DNA of 63,181 nt, the filler included, from Bdellovibrionota bacterium (GTDB taxonomy: Bacteria > Bdellovibrionota > Bdellovibrionia > Bdellovibrionales > JAEYZS01), in assembly GCA_963169515.1 (NCBI GenBank). It is 5 parts of 5 records of this genome, joined end to end, with 100 filler letters (N's around TTAATTAATTAA, not from the genome) between each part and the next. Parts side by side here need not be neighbours in the genome. Positions count along the whole stretch, not along the records: positions 1 to 31,135 come from CAUJEF010000019.1; positions 31,236 to 45,859 come from CAUJEF010000021.1; 3 more parts are not named here. One strand, given 5' to 3'. The position numbers and the translations under genes were made by a program. Below, piece after piece: positions 29,474-39,305 of this stretch (within the stretch, counting starts at the first letter, position 1; each line of letters opens with the position of its first letter). The notes beneath the pieces were generated by a model. The model ran no database searches. It was not told where the DNA came from and saw only the letters and a program-made list of their open reading frames with translations.

Positions 29474-30920
29474 CTGGCATTCTCTTTTCAATTTTTAAGT
29501 TTTCTTCCAATGCTTGGGCAATATTGAACAAGGTCTGCTCTTGAAAATGATTTGCGATCAACTGCACCCCCACAGGCAACCCATCTTCAGTTAGCCCGCC
29601 CGGAACGCTTATTCCAGGAACACCGGCAAGATTCACGGGCGTAGTAAAAATATCGTTGTAATACATTTTTACCGGGTCTTCTATTCGCTCCCCGATTTTA
29701 AAGGCGGGCGTTGTTGTTACCGGACAAATAATGGCATCACACTGTAGAAATGCTTTCTGAAAGTCATTTAGAATCATCCGCCGAACTTGGCCTGCTTTTT
29801 TAAAATAGGCGTCATAGTACCCGCTAGAAAGCGCAAACGTACCCAACATAATTCTTCGCTTTACCTCTGACCCAAAGCCTTCTCCGCGAGACTTTTTGTA
29901 CAAATCATCAATTTCTTTTGATTGGATTCGATGCCCAAAACGAATTCCATCGTAGCGCGCCAAATTGCTCGACGCCTCAGACGTCGCAATCAAATAATAC
30001 ACAGGAACCGCAAATTTAGTGCTCGGCAAACTCACTTCCTTGATTTTTGCCCCTAGCCCCTTCAGCACATAAATCGCTCGCTCCACCACTTTGCGGATTG
30101 CAGGATTGAGTTCGTCAGAAAAATATTCTTTGGGCATTCCTATCGTCGTGTTTTTTAAATTTGAGTTAATATTTTCTGCCCAGCTTGGCACGGCCTCTTT
30201 AGAGCTTGTTGAGTCTTTTTCGTCAAAGCCCGAAATGCTTTGAAGCATAAGCGCACAATCTTTTACGGTTGTCGCAAAGGGCCCCGCTTGATCCAGGCTG
30301 GACGCGTATGCGACGATTCCATATCGACTCACGCGACCATAGGTCGGCCTGATCCCCACCAGTCCACAAAAAGCCGCGGGCTGTCTGATCGATCCACCAG
30401 TATCTGTACCTGTCGCGCCCAAAACCATCCGCGATGCAACTGCGGCCGCAGACCCGCCGCTAGATCCACCGGGGACGTATCCTGTCTTCCACGGATTATC
30501 AACACGCCCAAACCGAGAGTGTTCGTTGCTTGATCCCATGGCAAATTCGTCACAATTGAGTTTTCCCATATTAATGGCTCCCGCCGCATCCAAGCGCTCT
30601 ACAACCGTGGCCGAATATGTGGGTTTAAATTCACCAAAAATATTTGAGCAGGCTGTCGTTCTCATTCCTTGCGTACAAAACATATCCTTTATCCCAATTG
30701 GGATCCCCGCCAGGGGGCCTACCTTTTCTTTTTTTTTAATTTTTCTATCGATCTCTTCCGCCTTTTTTAAGGCGTCGTCTGCAAGAGTTACAAACGCATT
30801 TAGCTTTCGATTATGCTTTTCTATTTGGTTGATGCTTTCGGTAACAATATCCGCGGCCCTCACTTCTCCTGATTGTATAAAACGACTTACTTCCAAAATT
30901 GACTTTTTTAAATATTTCAT
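29463..30920 (-). CDS. gatA: Asp/Glu-tRNA amidotransferase subunit A
   Basis: Amidase signature PGGSSGGS, GTDTGGSIRQPA, SNLARYDGIRFG, EVKRRIMLG. Confidence 0.99.
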   Translation of the reverse strand: MKYLKKSILEVSRFIQSGEVRAADIVTESINQIEKHNRKLNAFVTLADDALKKAEEIDRKIKKKEKVGPLAGIPIGIKDMFCTQGMRTTACSNIFGEFKPTYSATVVERLDAAGAINMGKLNCDEFAMGSSNEHSRFGRVDNPWKTGYVPGGSSGGSAAAVASRMVLGATGTDTGGSIRQPAAFCGLVGIRPTYGRVSRYGIVAYASSLDQAGPFATTVKDCALMLQSISGFDEKDSTSSKEAVPSWAENINSNLKNTTIGMPKEYFSDELNPAIRKVVERAIYVLKGLGAKIKEVSLPSTKFAVPVYYLIATSEASSNLARYDGIRFGHRIQSKEIDDLYKKSRGEGFGSEVKRRIMLGTFALSSGYYDAYFKKAGQVRRMILNDFQKAFLQCDAIICPVTTTPAFKIGERIEDPVKMYYNDIFTTPVNLAGVPGISVPGGLTEDGLPVGVQLIANHFQEQTLFNIAQALEENLKIEKRMPDGI

Positions 30921-30940
30921 CTGATACCCTTTTATTTTAG

Positions 30941-31135
30941 CTAAACTACAGGCGGGACCTTGTACAGGTTGCCTGACTTGTCCGGCGCGTTTGAAAGTAA
31001 TTCTTGTGCCGTCTGTTTGACGGCGTCTTCTTGCATATATGACTCTATCGGCGTCGGCGTCACGAGCGGCTCAATACCTTTCGTGTCTAGTTGATTTAGC
31101 TCTTCGAAGTGTTGTAAAATAGCAGACAACTGTTT
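30941..31135 (-). CDS. gatC: Asp/Glu-tRNA amidotransferase subunit C, 5'-truncated at the contig end
   Basis: LDTKGIEPL...LLSNAPDKSGNLYKVPPVV; directly upstream of gatA. Confidence 0.93.
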   Translation of the reverse strand, partial: KQLSAILQHFEELNQLDTKGIEPLVTPTPIESYMQEDAVKQTAQELLSNAPDKSGNLYKVPPVV

Positions 31136-31235
31136 NNNNNNNNNNNNNNNNNNNNNNNNNNNNNNNNNNNNNNNNNNNNTTAATTAATTAANNNNNNNNN
31201 NNNNNNNNNNNNNNNNNNNNNNNNNNNNNNNNNNN
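31136..31235. other. Artificial contig-join spacer
   Basis: N44-TTAATTAATTAA-N44 (stop codons in all six frames). Confidence 0.98.
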
Positions 31236-31261
31236 AATGCGTAATCATTCGATTACGCATT
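31236..31261. repeat. Perfect 11-bp inverted repeat at the contig edge (possible terminator of the signalling operon)
   Basis: AATGCGTAATC-ATTC-GATTACGCATT, 25 nt downstream of the Hpt stop codon. Confidence 0.6.
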
Positions 31262-31286
31262 GTCTCCTGAAAGGGAACGGCGTACC

Positions 31287-31562
31287 TTATTTATGGGTTG
31301 TGTAGATGGATTGTAGGCGTTCGATGGCGTCGTTAACGACATTGAGATTTTTGTTTACTTTAAGCGCTTCTTCTACGTCATGGCCCAAAACTGAAATCTG
31401 ATCAAATCCGTATGTTTTACCCGAGCCCTTAAGTTTATGAAATAGCACGAGTAAAGATTCCGTGTCGTTTTTTAACACATATGATTGAATTTCTTTAATC
31501 TTTGTTGGAAGGGTTTCGATATATTCTTTGCGTAATGACTTTAAAAGCTCTTCTGTGCTCAT
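31287..31562 (-). CDS. Hpt phosphotransfer protein
   Basis: FHKLKGSGKTYGF Hpt motif. Confidence 0.92.
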   Translation of the reverse strand: MSTEELLKSLRKEYIETLPTKIKEIQSYVLKNDTESLLVLFHKLKGSGKTYGFDQISVLGHDVEEALKVNKNLNVVNDAIERLQSIYTTHK

Positions 31563-32731
31563 GACGCCTTCATTTCTGCCAAATCGTTATACTTCCACTG
31601 TGGCAGAGTAAAAAAGAATGTGCTGCCCTCATTGGGTTTTGAATCAACGCCGATTTCTCCGTGATGTTCTTCCACAAGCGCTTTGGCAATGGCTAAACCC
31701 AAACCCGTACCTTTCACCAAGGGATTGTCCGCGCTCGTAGCTTGGCGAAATTTTTGAAATAGAACGGACTTCTGCTCTGGCGACATCCCCTTCCCGTGGT
31801 CGCGTACTTGAATCACTATCTGTTTTGACTGTTGAGCCACGACAATGACCTCGACTGGCTTCGAGGTTGGAGAAAACTTTATAGCATTGGATAGCAGGTT
31901 CGTTAGAATTTGTTGGAACCGATCAGGGTCGGCAAAAACAGAGATCGGTCGAAATTCATGCAGTTTAATTTTCACATTAGATGCCGTTGAAAACCCAAGA
32001 AGGCCTTCAATTGTTTTGTTTAGAATATCTTCGAGATTGCACCAGCCTTGTTTCAAAGGCATTTTTCGGGCCTCAATTTTTGCCATATCTAAAATATCGT
32101 TTGTCAGTCGAATTAACCGATCTGTTTCAGATTCTGCGATTTTCATAAGGCTCATAACTTCATCATTAAGCTTTCCAAGCGCCCCTGCTGTTATTAGACC
32201 CAATGAACCTTTAATAGATGTCATCGGCGTTCGTAGTTCGTGACTTGCAATGTTTAGGAAATCGGATTTTGCCTCATCCAAGGCCTTTAGTTCTTCCATG
32301 TTCCGCAACACTTCTTGCGCCATAGAGTTAAAGGTCGTCTGCAATTGACCCATTTCATCTTGAGTTGGCGTTTCAAAAGTATAAGAAAATTTTCCATTTA
32401 AAAAGTCTAACATTTTTACCGTCATTTCAAAAAGTGGCGCAAAGATTCTTGAGATAAGATAATGACGTAAAAAGAACAAACCGGAAATAATCGTCATCAG
32501 AAGAAGGCCTGCAAAAATCCATATTTTTTTTTCTTTGTACTTGATTTGATTCTGCCAATTTTTTATATAAACCTCGCTCAAATCTCCTGGAGTTTTTGAA
32601 AGCGTTTCAATTTTGGATGTATTATACTTTGAAATATCGGCGATTGAATAAGTGACAAGCCCACCAAAAATAAAAACCAACAACAAAACTGTTGCAATTA
32701 TAAAAGTGATTTTGAGTTGAATCGGTTTCAT
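31559..32731 (-). CDS. Membrane sensor histidine kinase (HAMP-HisKA-HATPase)
   Basis: Two TM helices, DEMGQL..FNSM HAMP, ASHELRTP, NLLSNAIKF, DHGKG, GTGLGL. Confidence 0.96.
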   Translation of the reverse strand: MKPIQLKITFIIATVLLLVFIFGGLVTYSIADISKYNTSKIETLSKTPGDLSEVYIKNWQNQIKYKEKKIWIFAGLLLMTIISGLFFLRHYLISRIFAPLFEMTVKMLDFLNGKFSYTFETPTQDEMGQLQTTFNSMAQEVLRNMEELKALDEAKSDFLNIASHELRTPMTSIKGSLGLITAGALGKLNDEVMSLMKIAESETDRLIRLTNDILDMAKIEARKMPLKQGWCNLEDILNKTIEGLLGFSTASNVKIKLHEFRPISVFADPDRFQQILTNLLSNAIKFSPTSKPVEVIVVAQQSKQIVIQVRDHGKGMSPEQKSVLFQKFRQATSADNPLVKGTGLGLAIAKALVEEHHGEIGVDSKPNEGSTFFFTLPQWKYNDLAEMKAS

Positions 32732-33108
32732 GCGACTTTCTCGCCGTATTCTTTCATAATTTTTTCGATTTGTTGGCAGACAGTGGCAGGTTCAAAAGGT
32801 TTTTGTATGTAACCGATTGCTCCGACCCTAAGCGCTTCGCGGATATCACTTTCTTGAGATTTTGCACTGAGAAAAATAACTGGCACGCTCCCCTTGGGAC
32901 CAGCCTTAACCGCCCTGCAGACATCAAGCCCGTTCATTTTGGGCATCATTCCGTCAAGCAAGATCAAATCAAAATCTTTTTCGTTGGCAAGTTTGCACGC
33001 GTGTTCGCCATCAAAAACCGCTGTGACTTTATGTTTCCCAATCAACTCTAAAGTCATTTTTGTAATTTTTGAAATGCTTTCGTCGTCTTCTGCTAAAAGT
33101 ATTTTCAT
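32728..33108 (-). CDS. Single-domain response regulator
   Basis: LLAEDD, LLDGMMP, FLSA, KPF. Confidence 0.95.
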   Translation of the reverse strand: MKILLAEDDESISKITKMTLELIGKHKVTAVFDGEHACKLANEKDFDLILLDGMMPKMNGLDVCRAVKAGPKGSVPVIFLSAKSQESDIREALRVGAIGYIQKPFEPATVCQQIEKIMKEYGEKVA

Positions 33109-33109
33109 A

Positions 33110-33811
33110 TTACGCTGCTTTTTTTAGAAATCGTTTATTCATCCATGAACGAATTTTTTGCAAAAAATTATCTTTTGCCCCAAGATAGACTGTCTTAGTT
33201 ACAAAATATCCTTGATTTGTTTGCGAGGGACGAACGTTAACCACTTTGAGATGTGGAACATCCACTCGAATACTTTCAAATAAAATTCCGTTGATTTTTA
33301 TAATATCGCCATCGTTAAATTTAACCGGGCTTGAAGCTACAATTCCCAACTCGCTTACGCGCTCAATCAATATATCGTTTTGAATATATGCTTTCGCTTC
33401 CTCTTCCCGAGGATCAATTACAACCTCAGGCCATTCGCGAGGAGCATTTTTCTCTAACATCGCTTTGACTTTGTCGATAAACATCAGCGGATCGATGGGT
33501 TTTACCATGTAATCATCGACGCCCATAAATACACCTTTTTCAACATCGTCTTTGGATTTTCTCGCGGTAAGGAGGGCGACAGAAATATGGCGCCAGTTTG
33601 GATTTGACTTAATTCGTTTTACAACATCGAAGCCCGAAAGATGTGGCATATTTGCATCGGTAATAACGATGTCGAATGAATATTTTTGAAGATACTCCAA
33701 GGCCTCTGTGCCATTATCAAATGTCACAACGTCATGGTTCATGTCCAAAAGCAGGCGACTGCCGATTCTTAGAATGTCGTAATCGTCATCAATCAATAGT
33801 ATTCGAGCCAT
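33110..33811 (-). CDS. Response regulator with degenerate PilZ-like C-terminal domain
   Basis: LLIDDD, TDANMP, LLTA, KP; C-terminal RVSELG resembles the PilZ D/NxSxxG motif. Confidence 0.88.
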   Translation of the reverse strand: MARILLIDDDYDILRIGSRLLLDMNHDVVTFDNGTEALEYLQKYSFDIVITDANMPHLSGFDVVKRIKSNPNWRHISVALLTARKSKDDVEKGVFMGVDDYMVKPIDPLMFIDKVKAMLEKNAPREWPEVVIDPREEEAKAYIQNDILIERVSELGIVASSPVKFNDGDIIKINGILFESIRVDVPHLKVVNVRPSQTNQGYFVTKTVYLGAKDNFLQKIRSWMNKRFLKKAA

Positions 33812-33828
33812 ATAACATCTCGATTTTC

Positions 33829-33857
33829 TTATCGGTTTTATTCGAAACGGCTCATGA
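33829..33857 (-). promoter_or_regulatory. sigma28-like promoter of the RR-RR-HK-Hpt operon
   Basis: Reverse complement TCAT-N17-ACCGATAA, 17 nt before the ATG. Confidence 0.5.
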
Positions 33858-33876
33858 GTCCAGGAAGGGCCAGTTT

Positions 33877-35826
33877 TTATCTCTGGGCCCCATAGCGAGG
33901 AGTAGATCGGCCCTGAATGAGTGCGCCCATGTCTGGGCTAGCGCCAGAAAATCCATCGGTGATATTTGGAATGGCAGTGCCAGAGTTTTTCGGTGCCGTA
34001 CCAGCTCTCAATTGCGGTAATGTATTTGATGTAATCATGGTCAAATGATCTGTACCCAAAGTTATTGGTGTTGCAAACGGATCGCTTTCAGAGATAACGT
34101 CGGCAAAGTGTCTGTGTGTTGAGGTGCCAAATAATGGAGTCGTTGCAGGTAAACCAGCTAGAGCTTGTGCAATTGAGTTAAAAGATCCCCCAGAGTTTGA
34201 CCACCAAACCGGGCCATTCGGAAACCACGCATTATTTGTCACATCAATAGGATCATTTCCGCTGGCCTCATAAGCCAATAGAGAGTTTCCACCGCGATAA
34301 ATTAGAATATTGTTTCTGTAGGACCAGTTACGGGTGGCGCCGTTATTAAACTGAACCCATCCCCAACCAGTTCGACCTTCGGTGCGCACAATCGTATTGT
34401 TGTAGATCAAAAATCCACTATTTGTATTGTTTAATTTAAATGGACCACGAAAGGTGTTTATGGAAATATTTCTAAACACATAAAGCGGCCCACCCCAAAT
34501 TGGATCAGTCGATAAAAAGGTCCCAGAATTTGTAATGAACGTATCATACATTGCCATGTTTCGAGTTCCATAGTCTGCTTCAAAGGCATCATCACCTGTC
34601 ATTTCAATGCGATTACGATAAAAATAAACTGCTGCAGACATCACTCCATCAATTACAGCGAGCGAATCGCCAAACCCATAAAGAGTGTTTTCGAAAGCTA
34701 CGTTTCCTTCGCCTGGGATGCGAATGCCGTCATCATTCCACGTTAAGTTTGTGTGCAGATATTCGGGTTGCCATACGTTATTTCCACGTAAAGTATTGTT
34801 ATAGATGAGTAGGCCAGATGTTTCGCCTGACGCAATAATGCCTTGATCTACACCGCGAATATCAAGATCGCGCATTGTAATATTGGACTGAACAGCGCCA
34901 TTCCAGAAAGATATTCCAACAGAACTTGCATTTGTACCTGAATCAACACCGGAACCTACAAGAGTCATGTTTTCAATAACAACATTGGAAGCGGCTTGAA
35001 TTTGGAATAAGCGGCCTGCATTTCTCAATACAACACCGTCGCGTGACTGGCCACGTATATAAATTGGCTGAGTAATGGTACCGCTTCTTGCAATGACAAG
35101 ATTTGAAACATTATAGGTTCCGTTATCAAGTTCTAAAACGCTTCCTGCGCTTAAAGCATTGATTTTCGATTGAAGGTTTTCAGATGGGTTTGCACGAACA
35201 GTAACTGCGGGAGCCGCAGGTGGAAGTGCGCGGGTGGATGCAGAAGCTCTTTGAACTTGAGTTGCAGCTCCAGGCTCGGTCAAAGTAATTTCAATTTCAT
35301 ATGTCGTGCCGGGCGCAAGATCGAAAATGGTTCCTGCGAAACTATCAATCGGACGGACTGGTGCACTTCCTTCAACCCAGGCTGGATTAATTCGAAGCAG
35401 TGGATGAGCATCTTTCCAGGCAGTGTCTGAAACAAGCTTGTACCGTATAGTGACCTTCGAGCCTGTGGATAGGCTTCGTCGGACTGGCATATAAATACCA
35501 ATTTGTTCTGGCGTGTGTTCTTCGAAGTTTAAAGTGAGCGCGTCTATTGTTCCGGTTGGCGGAGGAGGGGTAGGCGTGGGACTTGGAGGACGTGTTGGAC
35601 TCGGAGGAACTGTTGGGCTCGGTTGTGGGGTCGGAGTTGTTGTTGGTGATGGACGTGGAGTTACTGTTGCAGACGGTACTGGGGTTGGAGTTGTTGTCGG
35701 AGTGGGTGAGGTGCCTAACGAGGTGTTAGATACAAAGTTAACTGATTTAAAACCTTGTCCGCAGTTATTGAATAAAACGATAAGTGCTGTTATCGCAATG
35801 TATTGAAATAGTTTTTTCTTATCCAT
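33877..35826 (-). CDS. Lipoprotein with Pro/Thr linker, FN3-like domain and right-handed beta-helix (polysaccharide lyase-like)
   Basis: Start ATG 35826; lipobox FNN|C; PTPT linker; LAPGTTYEI FN3; GSVLELDNGTY...PIYIRG, IYNNT parallel beta-helix repeats; PDMGA C-terminus. Confidence 0.85.
   Translation of the reverse strand: MDKKKLFQYIAITALIVLFNNCGQGFKSVNFVSNTSLGTSPTPTTTPTPVPSATVTPRPSPTTTPTPQPSPTVPPSPTRPPSPTPTPPPPTGTIDALTLNFEEHTPEQIGIYMPVRRSLSTGSKVTIRYKLVSDTAWKDAHPLLRINPAWVEGSAPVRPIDSFAGTIFDLAPGTTYEIEITLTEPGAATQVQRASASTRALPPAAPAVTVRANPSENLQSKINALSAGSVLELDNGTYNVSNLVIARSGTITQPIYIRGQSRDGVVLRNAGRLFQIQAASNVVIENMTLVGSGVDSGTNASSVGISFWNGAVQSNITMRDLDIRGVDQGIIASGETSGLLIYNNTLRGNNVWQPEYLHTNLTWNDDGIRIPGEGNVAFENTLYGFGDSLAVIDGVMSAAVYFYRNRIEMTGDDAFEADYGTRNMAMYDTFITNSGTFLSTDPIWGGPLYVFRNISINTFRGPFKLNNTNSGFLIYNNTIVRTEGRTGWGWVQFNNGATRNWSYRNNILIYRGGNSLLAYEASGNDPIDVTNNAWFPNGPVWWSNSGGSFNSIAQALAGLPATTPLFGTSTHRHFADVISESDPFATPITLGTDHLTMITSNTLPQLRAGTAPKNSGTAIPNITDGFSGASPDMGALIQGRSTPRYGAQR
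35558..35712 (-). repeat. Low-complexity Pro/Thr/Ser linker repeats
   Basis: Encodes SPTPTTTPTPVPSATVTPRPSPTTTPTPQPSPTVPPSPTRPPSPTPTPPPPT. Confidence 0.8.
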
Positions 35827-36018
35827 CTTGAACCCCGCCTCAAAATGAGACACTGAATACACTCTGTGCACTAGCTAATTTGTCGACATGATTTCCCCGA
35901 CGCTAAAGTGTATACACGATTTAAAATCTGGAATTTATATACTGCAAGATATACGCCGTATTATGGGCAGTATGGAAGCAGTGTAGGAGAGGAGTGGTAC
36001 TATAACCGAATCGAAGAA

Positions 36019-36333
36019 TTATTTTTTGATCGTGCTCTCTAATTCGCCGGACTCGTACATTTCCATCATGATGTCGCTGCCGCCGATAAGTTCTTTGTTG
36101 ACGTAGAGCTGTGGGATTGTTGGCCAATTCCCGTAAACTTTTATCCCATCGCGGATGTCGGGATTTGAAAGAACATCAACGGATTTAAAATCAACTTTTA
36201 GGTTTTGAAGGATTGCAGTTGCACGCGCAGAAAATCCACATTGAGGCATTTCTGGAGAACCCTTCATAAATAAAACGACTTTATTAGATGTTAATACGTC
36301 TTCGATTCTTTTTTTTGTTTCTGGGGTAAGCAT
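36019..36333 (-). CDS. grxD: Monothiol glutaredoxin Grx4
   Basis: FMKG..PQCGFS, WPTIPQLY, GGSD. Confidence 0.97.
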   Translation of the reverse strand: MLTPETKKRIEDVLTSNKVVLFMKGSPEMPQCGFSARATAILQNLKVDFKSVDVLSNPDIRDGIKVYGNWPTIPQLYVNKELIGGSDIMMEMYESGELESTIKK

Positions 36334-36344
36334 ATATGACCTCT

Positions 36345-36575
36345 TTATTTTGGGGTTTGGGTTGAAATTGTAAAAGCGTGCAATTCACCGCTTTGAAGTT
36401 CGCTTTGAAACAGATCCATTACTTGCCTGTGCGCTTGAACTCGAGATTTTCCTTCAAACGCTTTTGAAACAACTGACACATGGTAGTGATCAAGGGTGCC
36501 CGTCAAATCGACCACCTCGACTGTTGAATTAGTATAATATTTTTCTAATCTGCTCTTAATTTCTTCAGGCTTCAC
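36345..36575 (-). CDS. bolA: BolA family protein
   Basis: DHYHVSVVSKAFEGKSRVQAHR, LHAF; canonical partner of grxD. Confidence 0.95.
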   Translation of the reverse strand: MKPEEIKSRLEKYYTNSTVEVVDLTGTLDHYHVSVVSKAFEGKSRVQAHRQVMDLFQSELQSGELHAFTISTQTPK

Positions 36576-36679
36576 TTTTGTCCCTGTATTTTAATAGATA
36601 GTGAATATATACGTCTTGAAGCCCTTCAACGGTACAAAATTTGGTTGAATTGAACTATTTTTATGCTACGTTCCATTTT

Positions 36680-36958
36680 ATGGAAAGGGCTGTCTTTTAC
36701 TCACCAATTGATCCCCGGGTTCTGAAAAAAGAACGCGAAAAGGCTCGCCTTTTGCGTAAAACTCCGTGGTGGGAATCTAAACTTAAGCAAGGCCATTGTT
36801 ATTACTGTAACAAAAAGTTCGCGCGCGAATTTTTAACAATGGATCATAAGGTTCCGCTTGCACGAGGCGGAGTGTCCTCTAAAAACAATATCGTTGTTTG
36901 TTGCAAGAATTGTAACACCACTAAAAAGGATCGATTTTCAGTCGATTTTATTTCTTAA
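36680..36958 (+). CDS. Small HNH endonuclease
   Basis: CYYC, TMDHKVPLARGG, N...CKNCN..K. Confidence 0.92.
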   Translation: MERAVFYSPIDPRVLKKEREKARLLRKTPWWESKLKQGHCYYCNKKFAREFLTMDHKVPLARGGVSSKNNIVVCCKNCNTTKKDRFSVDFIS

Positions 36959-37421
36959 CTTTTTTTGGAGCCTTTTCAGATTCTGCTGTAGCTTTAGCAT
37001 TCATAACATCAAGCAATTCAACTTCGAATTGAAGGGGGGTGTTTGGTGGAATTGGGCCTACTCCACGTTCGCCGTACGCCATTGCTGAAGGAATCAAAAG
37101 TTTTATTTTTTCTCCGACTTTCATTCCTTTTACGCCGATGTCCCAACCTTTGATAACTTGGCCTGCTCCAAGCACAAATGAAAACGGTTTTCCTGCATCG
37201 AGTGAGCTATCAAATTTTCGTCCGTCTAAAAAAGTTCCGGTGTAGTGAACAACTGCAATCATGCCGTCTTCAGCAACTTTTCCTGTGCCTTCTTTCACAA
37301 CTTGCTTTGTGAGTTCGGTCACCTGTGCTGTTGTGGTACCTGTTTGCTCAGCCTTGTGTTCTTTTTTTGTACAACTGACGCTGAGTGATAATACAATCAA
37401 TAACGGGATTAGTTTTTTCAT
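36948..37421 (-). CDS. FKBP-type peptidyl-prolyl isomerase, lipoprotein
   Basis: Lipobox SVS|C; VHYTG, FDSS, VIKGWD, AYG, IPPNTPLQFEVEL. Confidence 0.96.
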   Translation of the reverse strand: MKKLIPLLIVLSLSVSCTKKEHKAEQTGTTTAQVTELTKQVVKEGTGKVAEDGMIAVVHYTGTFLDGRKFDSSLDAGKPFSFVLGAGQVIKGWDIGVKGMKVGEKIKLLIPSAMAYGERGVGPIPPNTPLQFEVELLDVMNAKATAESEKAPKKVKK

Positions 37422-37526
37422 AGACTTGACCTTTTGTAGATATGTTATGAATTTAAATACTATAGTTAGTTAATTATTAATGATCTGGGCCTCCAGATCA
37501 ACATTTATTAGATACGAGGATATAGC

Positions 37527-39302
37527 GTGGCAGCAAAGATTGAATCATCCAGCACGGCGGAATACTTCGCGAAGAACCTACAGCAGGTCGGTTTTTCATC
37601 ACCAACAAAGGCAGTGCTCACCACTTTGAAAGAAGCTGTCGACAACAGTTTAGATGCCTGTGAATTTGCCGGGATTTTGCCTGAACTTGAAATTAAAGTT
37701 AATCGCGTTGGAAAGGGGTCGCAAAAAAACACAGAACTAATTTCTATTGTCGTTGAGGATAATGGGCCAGGAATTGATCCTGACGACATTGCAAAAGTAT
37801 TTGGCGAATATTTAGCGTCCAGCAAGTTTGGCAAGGGGCAATGTTCCCGTGGACAACAGGGCATTGGTATTTCTGCCGCAACCACGTGGGCACAGTTGAC
37901 GTCGGCATCGGGTGTCACTGTTATAACGAAAACTAAAAATATGCGAAAAGCGGTCAAAGCGATCGTTGACGTTGATATCAAAAAAAATAAAGGAATCTTG
38001 CGAACCAAAGACTCCATTGATTGGGACAAGCCCCATGGCGTGCGGGTTGAGTTCAAAATGGACGGACGGATTCAATTGAATGGCGAGGGTGGGCTTTTGA
38101 CTTATGTCGAGGGAACAACACTCGTAAATCCACACCTTAATCTTCGATATAAGCTTTTGGATGAAGACTGGGTGGACAGTAAACGCGTAACCGAAGAAAT
38201 CCCTGAAATTCCAGCCCCAGTAAACCCGCACCCACATACGATGAAGCTTGGCGAATTTATCACGCATGCGCATTTGTATGGTGGGATTTCTTTGTCGAAG
38301 TGGCTTAAAACTTCTTTTTCGCGTGTGTCTGATCAAAGCATAAAAGATTTCTTACAACATGGTTTGAAGAAAAATATGTTGAACACATCGGTGAACAAAC
38401 TGACAGACGAAGATTTCAAAGCAATCTATAAAGCAATCCAAGACACAGAGCTAATGGCACCGTCTACAAAATCTGTTCTGACCGTAGGTGAAGAGGCGCT
38501 TAGTAAAAGTATACAGAAATTGGGCCAAGTTGATTTTTTTAGCGTATTGACTCGCAAACCAAAAATTTGTGATGCAAAACCCGTCGTGGTTGATGTTGCC
38601 ATTGCACGATTTTTAAACCGTGGTTCTGAAGAGGACCAGGTCCAATTGCTTCGATTTGCAAATCGCGTCCCGCTGCAGTTTGATAAGGCGGCTTGTGCAA
38701 TTACAAAGGCGATTGAAAGTGTAAATTGGCGTTCTTATGGGTTGAATCAGCCAAAAGATTCGGTTCCTTATGGGCCATACGTTTTTGCGGTTAGCGTGGT
38801 GTCCCCGTTCATTAAATTTAAAAATGCATCAAAAGAAACAATCGATGCGTCAGAGGAACTGGTTGAGGAATTGCGTTTGGCACTGATGCAGGCAGGACAA
38901 AAATTGTCTCGTCACATTCGCGCAGAGGTCCGTGCTGAAGATTTGGAACGAAAAATTCGTCATATCGAACAGTTTGGTCCAATCTTGGTTGAAGGACTTG
39001 TCCGCATGACGGGTGCCAATGAAAAACGTAAAAAGGCGGCGGAAGAGGGCCTTAAGAAGTTGTTAGGTCGTGACGCTTCGGCTGCAGAAAAGGACGTCAA
39101 AGAAGCCCATGGTAAGTTGGAAGAAATGAAAGCAAAGCAAGCTGCGAAGGGTATAGGGCACGGCACAGAAATGACCGAGGCTATTGCAGAAGAATCAATT
39201 GAAACAACTGAAAGTTTGAAAACGGAAGCAAAAAAAGAAGATAAGACAGAGAAAAAATCTAAAAAAGAACAGCCCCAGAAAACTGCAAAAAAAAGGAAGT
39301 AG
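37527..39302 (+). CDS. top6B: DNA topoisomerase VI subunit B
   Basis: EAVDNSLDA, DNGPG, SSKF, SRGQQGIGIS GHKL motifs; PHPH; RFANRVPL; FKNASKE transducer. Confidence 0.95.
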   Translation: MAAKIESSSTAEYFAKNLQQVGFSSPTKAVLTTLKEAVDNSLDACEFAGILPELEIKVNRVGKGSQKNTELISIVVEDNGPGIDPDDIAKVFGEYLASSKFGKGQCSRGQQGIGISAATTWAQLTSASGVTVITKTKNMRKAVKAIVDVDIKKNKGILRTKDSIDWDKPHGVRVEFKMDGRIQLNGEGGLLTYVEGTTLVNPHLNLRYKLLDEDWVDSKRVTEEIPEIPAPVNPHPHTMKLGEFITHAHLYGGISLSKWLKTSFSRVSDQSIKDFLQHGLKKNMLNTSVNKLTDEDFKAIYKAIQDTELMAPSTKSVLTVGEEALSKSIQKLGQVDFFSVLTRKPKICDAKPVVVDVAIARFLNRGSEEDQVQLLRFANRVPLQFDKAACAITKAIESVNWRSYGLNQPKDSVPYGPYVFAVSVVSPFIKFKNASKETIDASEELVEELRLALMQAGQKLSRHIRAEVRAEDLERKIRHIEQFGPILVEGLVRMTGANEKRKKAAEEGLKKLLGRDASAAEKDVKEAHGKLEEMKAKQAAKGIGHGTEMTEAIAEESIETTESLKTEAKKEDKTEKKSKKEQPQKTAKKRK

Positions 39303-39305
39303 AGA

